64,000 nt of DNA from Ylistrum balloti (Eukaryota). A program made the position numbers and the translations under genes. Positions 1 through 13,050 of the stretch are shown here, one piece after another; the first letter of the stretch is position 1, and every line of letters begins with the position of its first letter. A model generated the notes under the pieces. It made no database searches, was not told the DNA's origin, and worked only from the letters and a program-made list of their open reading frames with translations. Location of the stretch: contig NW_026782097.1 in NCBI RefSeq assembly GCF_031769215.1, forward strand, positions 434,001-498,000. Direction: 5' to 3'.

Positions 1-860
1 AAGATATATACTATTGTGGAGTTGTATCAATCATATATTGTAAATTCAGCTGTCAATCTTGATTCGTCATGCGTAATTATTCTACGATATGAATAATCTC
101 TAACATTCCATTTATACTTTGATCACTTTTTTATAGTATATTACATCATGTATACTATGGTCAGTATATCGCGCTTTTGCATTTGACAACACCAACTCAG
201 CGGTTCCCTTTTAAACTCTTTCGTTGTCATCCTTCCGTCTGCTGGAGCTCACTTAACCTTCTGATCGATAGAGATCAAATAAGCACTGTTTCTACTATCC
301 CTCCTCCTACAATCTTACCCGTTATATCAGTATCCTCTCATTTTAACGTTCCTTCTATGCTATACTCATTTATTTATCTATTGTATTCCTCTTACCTTGA
401 TATTTTTTTATGTACCACTCCCCAATATAATCCATTGTATTGCTACCCTCTCACCATTATTACCCCTTTCTATTCCACCTTTCATGCAATCTAAATCGTT
501 ATATTCACACTTTCTCATTATTCTATCATTCCATTTTACCTCTTCTTTACATATCTATTGGGTGCATTTTACAATATTTTCATACTCTCCTTTCAGGACA
601 AAAGTATCCCTATTCCCATTTCAGAGAATGCCTTCAAGCCAGAGCTAACATGATATTTACTTTCGGAAGTCTCAAGAGTAATGTGTCATTCTGCAATCTA
701 TATTAGGTAAGCATTGTGACTTATCAAGGACAAACATATATCTAAAATAACATCAAATTAACCATTAAGATCCGAAAGATATATACTATTGTGGAGCTGT
801 ATCAGTCATATATTGTAAATTCAGCTGTCAACTTTGTTTCGTCAAGCGTAATTATTCTAT
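1..860. repeat. Direct repeat of ~85 bp (1-85 and 776-860) flanking a pyrimidine-rich, possibly LINE-derived segment
   Basis: aagatatatactattgtggag..tgtaaattcagctgtcaa..gcgtaattattcta occurs at 1 and at 776 with few mismatches. The intervening minus strand has stop-riddled, LINE-like reading frames. Confidence 0.6.
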
Positions 861-1004
861 GAATAAGTTTCAAATTCGATTCTAAAGCGTAAACAATTTT
901 ATATCTAATTTAGTTGCATACTATCATAAGGAGTTTAGAATTTCCTTTTATAAGTTAACTTTACCTTCACAAATTAAAGCAAAACAAATACATTTTCCGT
1001 TTTC

Positions 1005-2397
1005 GTGAAGATTTTTTGTCACGAGACAGCAGGTGACATTCACGTATGTTTTAGTCTCACTTACCTATATCTAGATTTTAGTCATATTTATACATACTTA
1101 GGGTGTGCTTGTAGTCAAGAGCTGGGTTATACGTTTATCATGTCAGGTAGCAATTCACAGTTTCTCGGTGTGGCCATAGGTGATATGTTTGTTCATTAGA
1201 TAACCCCATGATAAAGGTTTAAATCCAAATCTAAAAAATAAATCCTTGTCTTGTCATGATGAAGTGAATCATAAAGGGTTTCGTATTTTTTTAGGTGAAT
1301 ATTTTTACATTGTGTTGGATTACTATTGGAGCAGTCTCGAATCGGCGTCTACACGCCATAAGCTGGACTTACTGGAAGAAAATTTTACACGTTTACACGT
1401 GGTTATGTTGTGAATGCGTTGGAATTTGCTGAAAAGTACGTTGTTTGTTACACTGACAGTGCTGTTGGTTTTAAGACAGATGTTCAGATGTAAATTTCTT
1501 CTCTAAAGTTGGATTGTTAGGTTGAAAGTAGTTTTTTTTCCATTTTTTGCACTTTTGGAATTGGTAACCATGGCAATCACATATAAGATATCAGGGGAAA
1601 TTGTTTTTTTTTTCTCTACTGTTAATGTAATTGTTATGTATTTTATGAATATATATTTATACATATATACATGTAAGAGTGCATTTTTCATAACCAATCT
1701 AGTATACCTGTATGCCTTAAATATCTCCAATAGTTTCAGGGAAATGCAAATTCATGATGATGAGGGATCAGCAATCATACTGTCAAGAGGACCACGATTT
1801 AAGATATATAATGAATTGACTGGTTATGATCTTAAATACATCATATGATAGTTGTTAAATTTGTCGACATTACATTATATCATGTTTCCAGGTTGGAATT
1901 CCATTTAGAGAATGATTATTATTATTTAAGGAATCTCATATTTGATCGAAAGTAGGATATAACGTAATACATTGTACTTTGTTGTTTATATAATTTGCCA
2001 TTTATAATTGTATCTTTTGCAACCAAAGTTAAGCGTTGAATATATAATTTACTCGTGAACTACGTTTTGTATTTCCGATTTGGTATTTAATAATTTGAAC
2101 ATTTTTGTCTGTTGCTAGGATATTTTTCTTGTGCATAAATATGGAAATCTTGGTTGAATTCAACAAAATGTTATATGTTGATATGGAGGACAACTTTTTA
2201 AGCAACCGTAAGTAGTTTTTCCAATTTATTTATCATGATTAAAATGGGTATTTGGTTAAAGTTGCAAAAATGAAGTACAACGACCATGTCTTTTATAATG
2301 ATGAAAATAATCACTGTTATTTCTTCCAGAGTAAAATAGCTTTAAAAAATCAATTTTAGGACTTCAATGTAGGATTGAAGCATTTATTCAAAACTGA
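1005..2397 (+). pseudogene. Multi-exon protein-kinase-like (pseudokinase) remnant, frameshifted
   Basis: Candidate exons with AG/GT ends: ~1005-1032, 1295-1489, 1740-1822, 1892-1951, 2119-2207, 2360-2397. Most junctions are phase-compatible. Removing one copy of the TTTACACG duplication at 1384-1399 gives GEYFYIVLDYYWSSLE..GYVVNALEFAEKYVVCYTD..MEMQIHDDEGSAIILSRG..FNKMLYVD..RLQCRIEA, which resembles kinase subdomains V, VI, VII and XI by eye. The 1822/1892 junction is not phase-consistent. Confidence 0.4.
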
Positions 2398-2804
2398 CTT
2401 TTTCCATAAATAGCTTGTTTGTTTATAATTCAAGTACCGTCCTTTTTCATTTGAAAAAAGAAATTTGCTGGCAAAAATCACAGCATTGAAAATAAAAGAT
2501 TGTTATTAACGATTGAATGAAGAAAACAAGGTGAAAATGAATAGTTTCTGGCGACTGTAGCACAGAAAAACAATATGTTTATGCTTTCGTTACTTTGTCT
2601 TTTAAAATATCACTGGAACAAAACCTGAACTTAAGAGGTTTTGACTATCAGATCTTTAAAATTTTTAAGTGTGTATCAAAGGATAAGATTCATGTATAGA
2701 TCGTTGCTTAAATACATTACAAGTAACAGTTTAAACTTGTCGAATTATTGTGTATTCTATTGATGAAACATTTAGACCACTTACATGTGTACAATTGATA
2801 TAAG

Positions 2805-3100
2805 CTCTTACTGACATCAATGTGTATAATTAATATAACCTCTTACTGACATCAATGTGTATAATTAATATAACCTATTACTAACAACAATGTGTATAAT
2901 TGATATAACCTATTACTAACAACAATGTGTATAATTAACACAACCTCTTACTAACAACAATGTGTATAATTAATATAACCTATTACTAACAACAATGTGT
3001 ATAATTCATATAATCTCTTACTGACATCAATGTGTATAATTAATATAACCTTGTACTAACATCAACGCGCAAAATCGATATAACCTCTTACTAACGTCAG
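2805..3100. repeat. 35-bp minisatellite, ~8 copies
   Basis: Unit ctcttactgacatcaatgtgtataattaatataac; starts at 2805 and 2840 give a period of 35. Confidence 0.9.
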
Positions 3101-3169
3101 TGTGCATCCCGGTTGACCTCTGACCTCAAGTCTCTGCTTGACATCACTGGGTGTCCAATTGAAATCGAG

Positions 3170-3580
3170 TTTTATTATTGACATCAATGTGTAAATCTCG
3201 TTAGAACTAACATGGTGTTTTCTGATTGACATACATAATGTACTTGTATAAATGGCGTTTGAACTAAAATGGTATCTTATGATAAACATTAATGAGTAAG
3301 TCGCGTTGGAACTAAAATCGAGTCTTATGATTGACATCAATGTATAAATCACGTTGGAACTGACATGGTGTCGTACGATAAACATTAATTTGTAAATCGC
3401 GTTTGAACTAAACACGAGTCTTACGACTGACATCTATGTGTAAATCGCGTTTGAACTAGCATGTCGTCTTATTATTGATATCATTGTGTAAATCGCGTTT
3501 GAAGTAAAATAGTGTCTTCTGACTGACATCAATGTGTAAATCGCTTTCGAACTAACATCGTGTCCTTTTATTTACATCAA
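3170..3580. repeat. 44-48-bp minisatellite, ~9 diverged copies
   Basis: Unit ~tgacatcaatgtgtaaatcgcgtttgaactaaaatggtgtcttat(gat); shares the tgacatcaatgtgta core with the adjacent 35-bp array. Confidence 0.8.
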
Positions 3581-6565
3581 TTTCACAGGATGTTCACGAT
3601 AGATACCGGATATTTGTGATAGGAAAATGACAGTTTTTCAGAATATATCTTAATTTCATGACTCTTACTCTATCGAAGTTACTCTGATCAACCCTTTATA
3701 GTTTCAGTGTTTGTTTAAACCACAAAAATTAGCAAGATCCTGACCGACCTTATTTTCAAGAACACGAACGTATCGCATGGCAAATTATATAACCAAAACA
3801 ATGTATACTTTTGAAATATATAAACAGCAATTAGAAAACGTTCACGACCATCTGGTAGACAACCACAGTAACTTCGAATTAAAAAAAAAACATCGTTTGT
3901 AACAAATCAGCGGAATGGAATTCAATTTAATGATACAGTACGTCAGTAACACAAACTGAAATAATGTTTAGGAATTCCAAACATACTGAAAATTTTACAC
4001 CAATATATCTGCAAAAAAAAGTGTAGACAAATCTTGTCTTGTGCCTCCCTGGTGGCTTACAATTAGTAGAAACAAAATAAGACCATTTGTTCTAGAAGAG
4101 TAAGCTTTTTCTGATTCATCGACGGTACCTAACATATAAGTGTTGGTCAATTCAGGTAAGTAATGTCACGTTCTCAAATCATAACAGGTATACAGCATGT
4201 TGTAGTCTGGGCATGAATACCCAAGTTTCTTAGCAATCCACAATGTTTTCATAAGTACCATGTGGTGCATTTGTGTTCCTGAAAAGAATACCTGTCACGA
4301 TATTGATAGTCTTTGTAATTTAAACGCTGATTATGTAAGGATGATCTACATGGCACGAGAACCTTAAAACTCAGGAGAACTTGAAAGTGACCTTTCTACA
4401 AGTTTGTTTTTCAAGGATTGTCACTTGCCTTGTACGTTCTACCGCTGCCTGGTTTCGAGAGCCCAGTAATTGCACATCCCGTTTGATCTATCATCTTGAA
4501 CACTGCATGACACCATTGAATAGTCCTATAGTAATTACTTGATAATAATGTTTAATTAATTCATATCAAACTCTTCACCGTTGTAAGGAAACCTGTTCTT
4601 GTCATTTGAAGTTTAGCTCTTGGTGAAAGTTTAATTTCCGAGGATTTGGTGGAAATCTTTCCCAGCTGCTCACATCATTGTAAGAGTTATCTAGTAGTGA
4701 ATGAAAACAATAAATCGTTGCCACTGAAGCAAAACAAGGATAAACACTCCAAAAAAATATATAATAACGTTTCCTGTTACAGCAGTGAAAGACGTATGGC
4801 GTGTTACAGCATTATTCTACCTAACTGTGGCCAACAGTAAGATGGGAAAATGATTTTCCTTTTTCGATGATGTCGGATAGGTAATCTCAATGATTTTCGG
4901 AAAAAATAATTTGGATATAATGTCATTTGTTATTTTTATCAGGTTGTCAAAGTTGCTACCTGAATCAATATGTACTAAAACATGACGCTTCGTCGGCTTC
5001 AAATGCAATCAATTTTGACACAAAGCGCCACATGTACCTACTGAGCCTGATTCAGTGTGATAATATGTAACTTAAATCTTATCCTCGAAAATTAGTACCG
5101 AAAAATTGGAAAATAAATTTGGACCAAAAAGGAGTCCAATATTGAATTTTCAAAGAAAAAGTCGCTGATTCCAACACCAATGTCTATTGCAAAAACGGCA
5201 AGACGTTACCCCAATGTTACTCGATTTCATGGGGTCGTGCGTTTGATCTCAGCTTCAGACATCATGATATTATCAAATTATTGTTTCCTAAATACTAATA
5301 AACTACTAATGATAAACTAATTCATGTTGCGAATGCCATTTAAATCAAATATTCGTATCCATACGCATTGCGGCGATTACTGGCCAAACCCCCAATGCAG
5401 CCGATGAGTTGAATGATACTGCTAGTTACATGGAGTCCTACTTGGTGGTGTTGGAGATATGGTAGAATGTCATCTCAATGTTAAATGGAACTTCGGGATT
5501 ATAAAGGGTCATATAATAATGGGTAATCCAGCCAACTTTTTTGTTTTGCATTTTCTGATGGTTCACTATAAGCAAGCTTTGAGCAACATAGGCCTGGATA
5601 TTTGGATATTCCTTATAAATACATTTTGGTGACCGCGAGTTTTTTAACAGTTTTAGCAATTAGTTTTGGTACCATCTATAAACACACCTTAATCGATCTA
5701 GCTTCCAATTTTTGTTCATGACCTGCTGCCTTTCTTCCCTGCTTTGGAGTGAGATTCACTTAACGCTGTTCTCATTATGATTCATGAAGGGCCATCGACT
5801 CGATGAAGCTATTTAAGTTATTAATATAAAAGCCATTAGTATACTTTTCTAGTTTTCTAGAATAGAGAAAATTATTACCTTAACATTAATATGGCAGTCA
5901 CATACTAACAAATTATTTGAAATTCTAAATTCGACCAGTAACACAAAGATTACCGACTCATAATGACTGTTGACTGTGTTTATACATTATGCAAATGTCT
6001 TGGCTAATTTTATAGTTGATCATCACATGTTCTAGTTTGAACCTCCTTCAGGTAACAAGAAACAGGTGAATCTTAATTCAAACTCAAATTTAACAACACT
6101 AGGGGAAGATATGAATAAAAGAAAGATTTACGCGGAAAATCATATACATTATTGAAAAATTGGATATTTCTCATTGAGATCACTATGATTTACATAGTAG
6201 CGAAATCAACTTTTACCAAAATGCATGATGCGTGTGATGGTTTCAATTTTACTATTCTATATTTTGTCATTTTAATACCAAAAACATTGCCCTTTTTCTT
6301 ATTATTAATATTTTATGATAATCTATAGTGTTTATCGTCTTCTGTTCCTTTCTGAATTAACAATTTCCTAAACTTATTTAATTCTGCATGTTGTGGTGTA
6401 TTTTTTTTCTCAGTCAGTTTCATATATGATAGATATAGTTGTTACAAACAAACTAACATTTCAGTTTATTTCAAATGTCAATCAGTCCTATTTCTACTCA
6501 CTAACATTGTTCTATACACAGCACCAACATACATTCAACATTAATGATTATTACCATGAAATAAA

Positions 6566-7916
6566 ATGAAAGGTAAGTGAACTATTTCTCTTTTACAATT
6601 TTGGTTTGAGTTATCAACTTTGTTACAATAGATATACATATGTTTAGTTTCTATTTGGTTAATGTATGATAAGCAAGGATAATAGACGTCATTTTATGTA
6701 TGAAAAATAGTAATATTGCAAAATAAGCATAATAATGATCATTTGTTACATTCTCAATTTCAATTGCGTAAAATTCATAAAAAGATCAAATACTTACATA
6801 GATTAGATTGATATCTAAGAACAAAATTTATGCATTATCATGCAAAAAATTATATCTGTAAGGTTGAATAAGAAACAACTTTGACATAACAGTTGCAATA
6901 AGACAAAATACATTTGATTGCAATTTTCTACCTGTTCAAAGCTGCTGAATTATCTCCCTTTCCAATTTATATGAAATTCTGACATAGACAAGGGGCAATA
7001 ACTCTTTTAATGATAAGTAAATCAAAATGCTTTAAACAATACAGTAGGCATTTGTGCTATGACAAACACTTATAAAGAAGACTTAGCTACTTAAACAAAG
7101 TGCTGTATATAACTATTTGAAATATCATCAAAGGAAAATGCTCAATTAGAGAAAGATCCACTGCAGAAAAGATGTAATTATCAATACACAAGGGAAATGA
7201 CAACACGGTTTTACTAAAATGCCAAAGTGGAATGACGGAAGAAATTAAAGGACTATCTTTTTAATTGTTTGATCAAAAATAAAGTGCATCAAAACATCAC
7301 TACATGTCATTATAATTATGCTAAAATGTCAAAATATTATCATGATGTGTGGGTAGCAATAAACAAGACTTGATATATTAACAAACCATATATCTTAAAC
7401 AATAGAAATTAAATGCACTTGGCACAGGAATTAGTGATTTTAACAAAACATAATTTTGAACAAAAATATTTTGCCTGATATCGTATACTGATAGTGGTAA
7501 TATCTTTTGTCTGATACGGCAGTCGGGATTAGTCACTTTGGTATAACATAGGTGTTCCATCTTTTGTCACTGAAAATGACTAATATTTTCATGATGTCTG
7601 AGCTGAAAGCTAAATAACAGGATTACTAATGAGCAAATTTTCCTTGTATTTTGTATATCAGCAAACAATTAAGATAAATTGTAAATACATTCTAGATTCC
7701 AATCCCATTTAACTTGTCAATTTAATATAGACAACAGTTTTGGATGAAATCATATTTACTTTACTAGGATACTTTGTCAGCGCTGTAACATATATCAGAA
7801 ATGCATCCTGGACGGGTGGTTTTGAAGGACCAACCCAGTATTATCCACTCATACAACGGTACCATTATGTAATACAAACCAAACTACTTGTTCAGTCACT
7901 AATGTATGCGATGTAA
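6566..7916 (+). CDS. Candidate small spliced gene, 51 aa (MKGYFVSAVTYIRNASWTGGFEGPTQYYPLIQRYHYVIQTKLLVQSLMYAM)
   Basis: Exon 6522-6572 has a CACTAAC branch point, a cag acceptor, ATG AAA G and a strong AAG|GTAAGT donor. A phase-1 acceptor tttactttactag| at 7768 opens a frame to TAA at 7914-7916. No homology recognised. Confidence 0.3.
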
Positions 7917-10900
7917 AACAAAATTACAAAAAGTGTACCTGATGAGTACTTTGCAACATTTCAAATATATCAATCATATGGTTTTCCAAAATATCTTTTT
8001 AATCAACATGTATGGATTTGACTTCAGAAAATGCCAATATACTCCTTAATGTTGTTTTTTATATGAGTTTATAATCCTACATAATTAGATATCACGCCTA
8101 CGAATGTGTCGTGCAATTTTAGTGGTTAAAACTTTAATAAAGCATGGGAGTTTGAGGGATTCCGTGGAAACTATTATGGACGTTAAGATATTTATCTGCA
8201 AACTTAAAGAGCCAGTCCCACTCCGTTACAGATATTTTTCATGTTTTATTGACTGGAAATGTTGTTGTATACTAATAGATAATATGTGAATAAAGACTTG
8301 TATAAAGTTTTGAACTTGAAATTGACAGGGTAATGGAGATATCGGCGCCGGAATTAGTCTCATTAATCAACACCAGGATATGAATATTGATGAGGAAAAG
8401 TTATGTGATACGTTCAGACGCGGTCAGAACCAAGACGAAAATTGAGGAAGAGGTGAGTAGTACGTCCATGTGACATCGCTTGTAAAGAGATTTTACCGAT
8501 AAATGCAATCAATACTCTATATATTATGTATGGAAAGCATCTGACGTATGTATTGATCACATCTTTCAATGCTTAGATATGACACAAATACGTGTAGATT
8601 ACAAGAAAAACTACGATTAATTGCAAAGAGGCCCTCACATAGGGGCTACGATACAGTAACGAACATATAGAACATCGCGAAATGGATCTATCTAAAGCGA
8701 ATATTCGATGATAAGAGTTTTTATGAATATGAGTTTAGAGTGATACTACACGAGAGAGCCAAACAGAGAGCGATACAGAGTATGAACCAGCCATCTTCCT
8801 TCTTTTCGTCTCAGAGTCCGTCAAAACGCGTTTTCTTCATCGCTTCCCTCGCACGATTTCTGCCATGTTGGAAGACGGCAGATTTATTTACAGTTCTTCT
8901 CGCATAATTATGAATTAGAACTGAGTCGTTTCGAATTCTTTTTTAAAAAATATTTATTACGTTAGATTGGTAGCGTTTTACTTTAAAATTGCGGTATTAC
9001 AGGGTCAGTCAGAACTATTGCTACCAGAGAAAAATAGACAATCATGATTTTTTTAAATATATATAAAATAATATCGGTCGAGGAGTGGGTCTGGCTCTTT
9101 ATATATCCTACAATTCATACATCAATGAAGTCTACCTGATACATACCTTTATATAGATAGATCATATTTAGTTGAATCTAGAGGACAAACATGTTAATAT
9201 CTTCCCCACACCAGCTCGACAGTTTATCTCTCTTTATGTATGGTCCATTTCGTTGTGATCACTTCTGCATAGTAAATATATTGAATTGATTTTGAATTTT
9301 TATACAAATGGTTATGATCAACGATATAGTGATCATGTAAATAACGTAACTGCAAGTATATATATTTCGACCGGTAATCGCGAGTCTCAGACTGATTGAT
9401 AAGGCCAGAATGATTTTTAGTTCCATATTTCATTTTCAAGTAGAGTCTCGTTGCATTTCGGGAACAAAGTTTGAGATGCTAAATCAGTTGCTAGTTACTG
9501 AATCTTGGCTATAGATTCTATTGATTTTGTCACGTGTTCCTGTTGTCTGACAGCGCTTGCGCGGTTTTCTTTATGTTCGTGATCTGCCGGTCAAAGGGCA
9601 TCTTATGTCGTTAATCTCAGTTATTTCCCTCATTATGATAAAACAAACAATTTTCTACGCCAGAGAGATGGATTTGAACATACAATAATTTACCTTTTTC
9701 AATTCATTTCTCATCATTGTCACTTCGCTTTTCTGACAAAGTTATCCCCCTTAGACCAGTAACTTCTGAGTCGTTTAGACGATGTGCAATACAGACTCTT
9801 TCAAACACGCAAATGCTCTAGTGTATGACGTAACACTTTTAAAAAATGGCGGCAAAGTTTTTGGATTCAAAACCAAATATTTCTGCAAGTAAATCTTGTA
9901 CAGTGTAACTCTACTCAAGCCTTGGTGTACGTACATTAGTTGTTGTTTAGTCGCTACGGTCATTATCATTAAATTATTATATAACTACTTATTCAGTTAT
10001 TTTTACAGGTAAACAGAAATTAAATATCTATATATCATTTTCATGTTATGGGGACATAAGTGACACTTGATAAAGCGGTCTAGGTGAAATATTTTATAGG
10101 AAATAAACATAAACTGAATGAGCAAAAGATGCATAGCAAACAATCGATATATTAGATTAGAGAAATTATCTTTTGAACATTATTGTGTAGAAGCTTTGCA
10201 ATACTGACTCTTTCAAACGTTCAAACGTTACAGAGAACCGAAGCAATACGGCGACAGAGAAGCAGTCAATATAGGAAAGTTGGGCGTCAGATATGAGTAA
10301 ACTCTATACAATATGCCCCTGTGATCAGATCGAATTATCATTTTGACGTAACAGTACTTACTTACGGTAAGTACAATACTTGTAATACTTCTTTAATTAC
10401 AAACTAACCACTAAAATGTACTTATATATATATATAATTTGATACAATATATATATATATGTGTGTGTGTGTGTATTTAAAATGCAATTGTGTCTAAGAA
10501 ATGGCAGTTTTGTTAAAGTTTCCCTAATAATGGCCGAGGGGTGGAGTAACACGTGATACAGCGGTCGTGATGATGCAAAAAACAACTTTTTAATCCAATC
10601 ACTTAATCTAGTGTTTTAAAAACTCTTCCTACCTTGAATGTTGTATTTATAGTGTTCCTAACTCATAGGGTTGTGTTTTTCCTAGCTTATCCTTTCGTTT
10701 TTGTTTGCCGAGTAAGATACTATTTGTTGCTATTTTCGCCATTTCGCTCATAGACATTGGCGCAAAGTATTCCTTGGAATTCCACTTCCATGTCACAACT
10801 TCATGATTTCAATGATTTCAGTCTAGAATATTAACAAGATCAAAATGTGCTCATTTTTTATTTAAGTATTGCAAAACGGATATGAATATAAATCAGTAAT

Positions 10901-11454
10901 GAAATAGTATATAACAATATTTTAATCATGGAGTAGCAAGTCGCTGGTCTTCTTTTTCTGAAACACAAAAGAAATCATCGATGATAATATATAAATATAT
11001 ATCGATTTGAAAGGCTAGCGTTTTCGCCCACTATAGGTTTATTCAGCGGAATGTTTATGTTTATTGGTGACGTCACAGTATACGAAGGGGATGAATTTTA
11101 TACTAGACTATTTAGCTTAGGTTTAAAAAATTTGATACAATCCTTTGTATAAAAAGGAAATATTTTAAAGTTTTCTATCCACAAAGAAAACTAGATATTC
11201 TTGTATACGATTCATCCTCTCATAACTATATAATTATTGTTGAGCATCTGAAGATGTATACTAAAAGCACTTAACATCCTATATATATGTATATCACGTA
11301 GTTGAGCATATATCCTTTTGTGATACAAAACAAAATGATACGGTTTTACATCTTTATATATACACGTTATAACTGGTAATGTATTATATAAGATAAGGAT
11401 AAATAGTAAAATTCGAACTTACGATTGCCGTAACATCTTCTCGATTACTCAACC

Positions 11455-13050
11455 TTAATATCTTCTTATGTGAGTTGGAAAGCTTCTATAATAGCCGCCA
11501 TCCTGTTCCGGATACCTATCTGTGAGCCAATCATTGTCATAGATATCACTATCATCATAACGGTTCCAACTGTTCAAACCATATCTCCTAACTGGTAAAC
11601 CAAAATTTTGGAGTCCCCATACTCCGTTATGATAATCTGAAACAGAACAGAAGTTTTTCATTATCCAAAAGGTTCATAAACAATATGTGTTGATGGAAAT
11701 TTCTCACCATGAATTCAAAATATACCAAGACACACAAGTGTTTATTTATTACATACGTAGAATAATATACAACATAGCCAAATCAGGAACTGTATCGTAC
11801 AACAGTGTAGTCCTAATCCTAGACTCATTAGTGATGCCAAGTGCATTGATTGAAATATAGGTAATTTTAAAACACACTTTCGCGTATATCTTTTCTGTTC
11901 GTTAATCTTTTGAAGACAACTAATATTCATTGTTGTATGATTTGCGTTACACATGTGATGCTAGGAATACGCTGGAAGTATGGCCACGAAAACATTTACA
12001 AAAAAAAAGTAAAACAGAAACCTGGACCAATGGTTACTATGGTATCCTGTATGATCCGTACAGAAATACGCAACCTGATATATTGACAGTAGTCCGTACA
12101 GAAATAATTACACTGAAAATTTGCACAATGATCCGTACAGAAAAAAGGATCTGTACAGTAATACTCACACTGATAACCTACTCAATGATCTGTACAGTCA
12201 TACTTACACTGATAACCTACTCAATGATCTGTACAGTCATACTTACACTGATAACCTGCTCAATGATCTGTACAGTAATACTTACACTGATAACCTGCTC
12301 AATGATCTGTACAGTAATACTTACACTGATAACCTACTCAATGATCTGTACAGTAATACTTACACTGATAACCTGCTCAATGATCTGTACAGTTATACTT
12401 ACACTGATAACCTGCTCAATGATCTGTACAGTAATACTTACACTGATAACCTGCTCAATGATCTGTACAGTTATACTTACACTGATAACCTGCTCAATGA
12501 TCTGTACAGTTATACTTACACTGATAACCTGCTCAATGATCTGTACAGTAATACTTACACTGATAACCTGCTCAATGATCTGTACAGTTATACTTACACT
12601 GATAACCTACTCAATGATCTGTACAGTCATACTTACACTGATAACCTGCTCAATGATCTGTACAGTAATACTTACACTGATAACCTGCTCAATGATCTGT
12701 ACAGTTATACTTACACTGATAACCTGCTCAATGATCTGTACAGTAATACTTACACTGATAACCTGCTCAATGATCTGTACAGTAATACTGCTGCTTAGTG
12801 ATCCAAAATGATCCATATAATAATATTTTCCCTGCCATTCTGTCTAGTAATCCATACAGTAACAGGGATACTTGCCATGATATTCTACATAGTGCCTTGC
12901 ATGAATGTTTACACCTAGTTTAAATAAGCATACCCTTATATCTAGATTTTCTGATCCGTACACAACAATTCTACAAACCGTACATGAATACTTACATTGA
13001 CAGAATGTCGACGCCACCAGGCAAGACAACAGTAATAATACTTTCAGCAT
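11455..13050 (-). CDS. Gene A: small secreted Asp/Tyr/Trp/Arg-rich protein, 78 aa; divergent relative of the Gly/Tyr-rich family
   Basis: join complement(11455-11636,12996-13050), 237 nt, phase-1 intron with GTAAGTAT donor and tttcag acceptor. Protein MLKVLLLLSCLVASTFCQYYHNGVWGLQNFGLPVRRYGLNSWNRYDDSDIYDNDWLTDRYPEQDGGYYRSFPTHIRRY. The signal peptide is near-identical to that of the GY family. There is a 5'UTR acceptor at 13068 and a GTAAGT donor 32 nt after the stop (11422). Confidence 0.85.
12148..12789. repeat. 39-bp minisatellite, ~16.5 near-identical copies, inside the gene A coding intron
   Basis: Unit gatctgtacagtaatacttacactgataacctgctcaat; explains the repetitive ORFs 11930-12811, 12121-12798 and 12607-12816. 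Confidence 0.95.

Noticed and set aside
177-706. Plus-strand ORFs rich in I/L/P/S/F/Y
   Set aside because: A by-product of pyrimidine-rich strand bias; no coherent protein features.
11930-12811. 293-aa and 225-aa plus-strand ORFs with 13-aa repeats (ICTVILTLITCSM / NDLYSNTYTDNLL)
   Set aside because: Products of a 39-bp (multiple of 3) minisatellite lying antisense inside the gene A intron; no splice or promoter context supports them.
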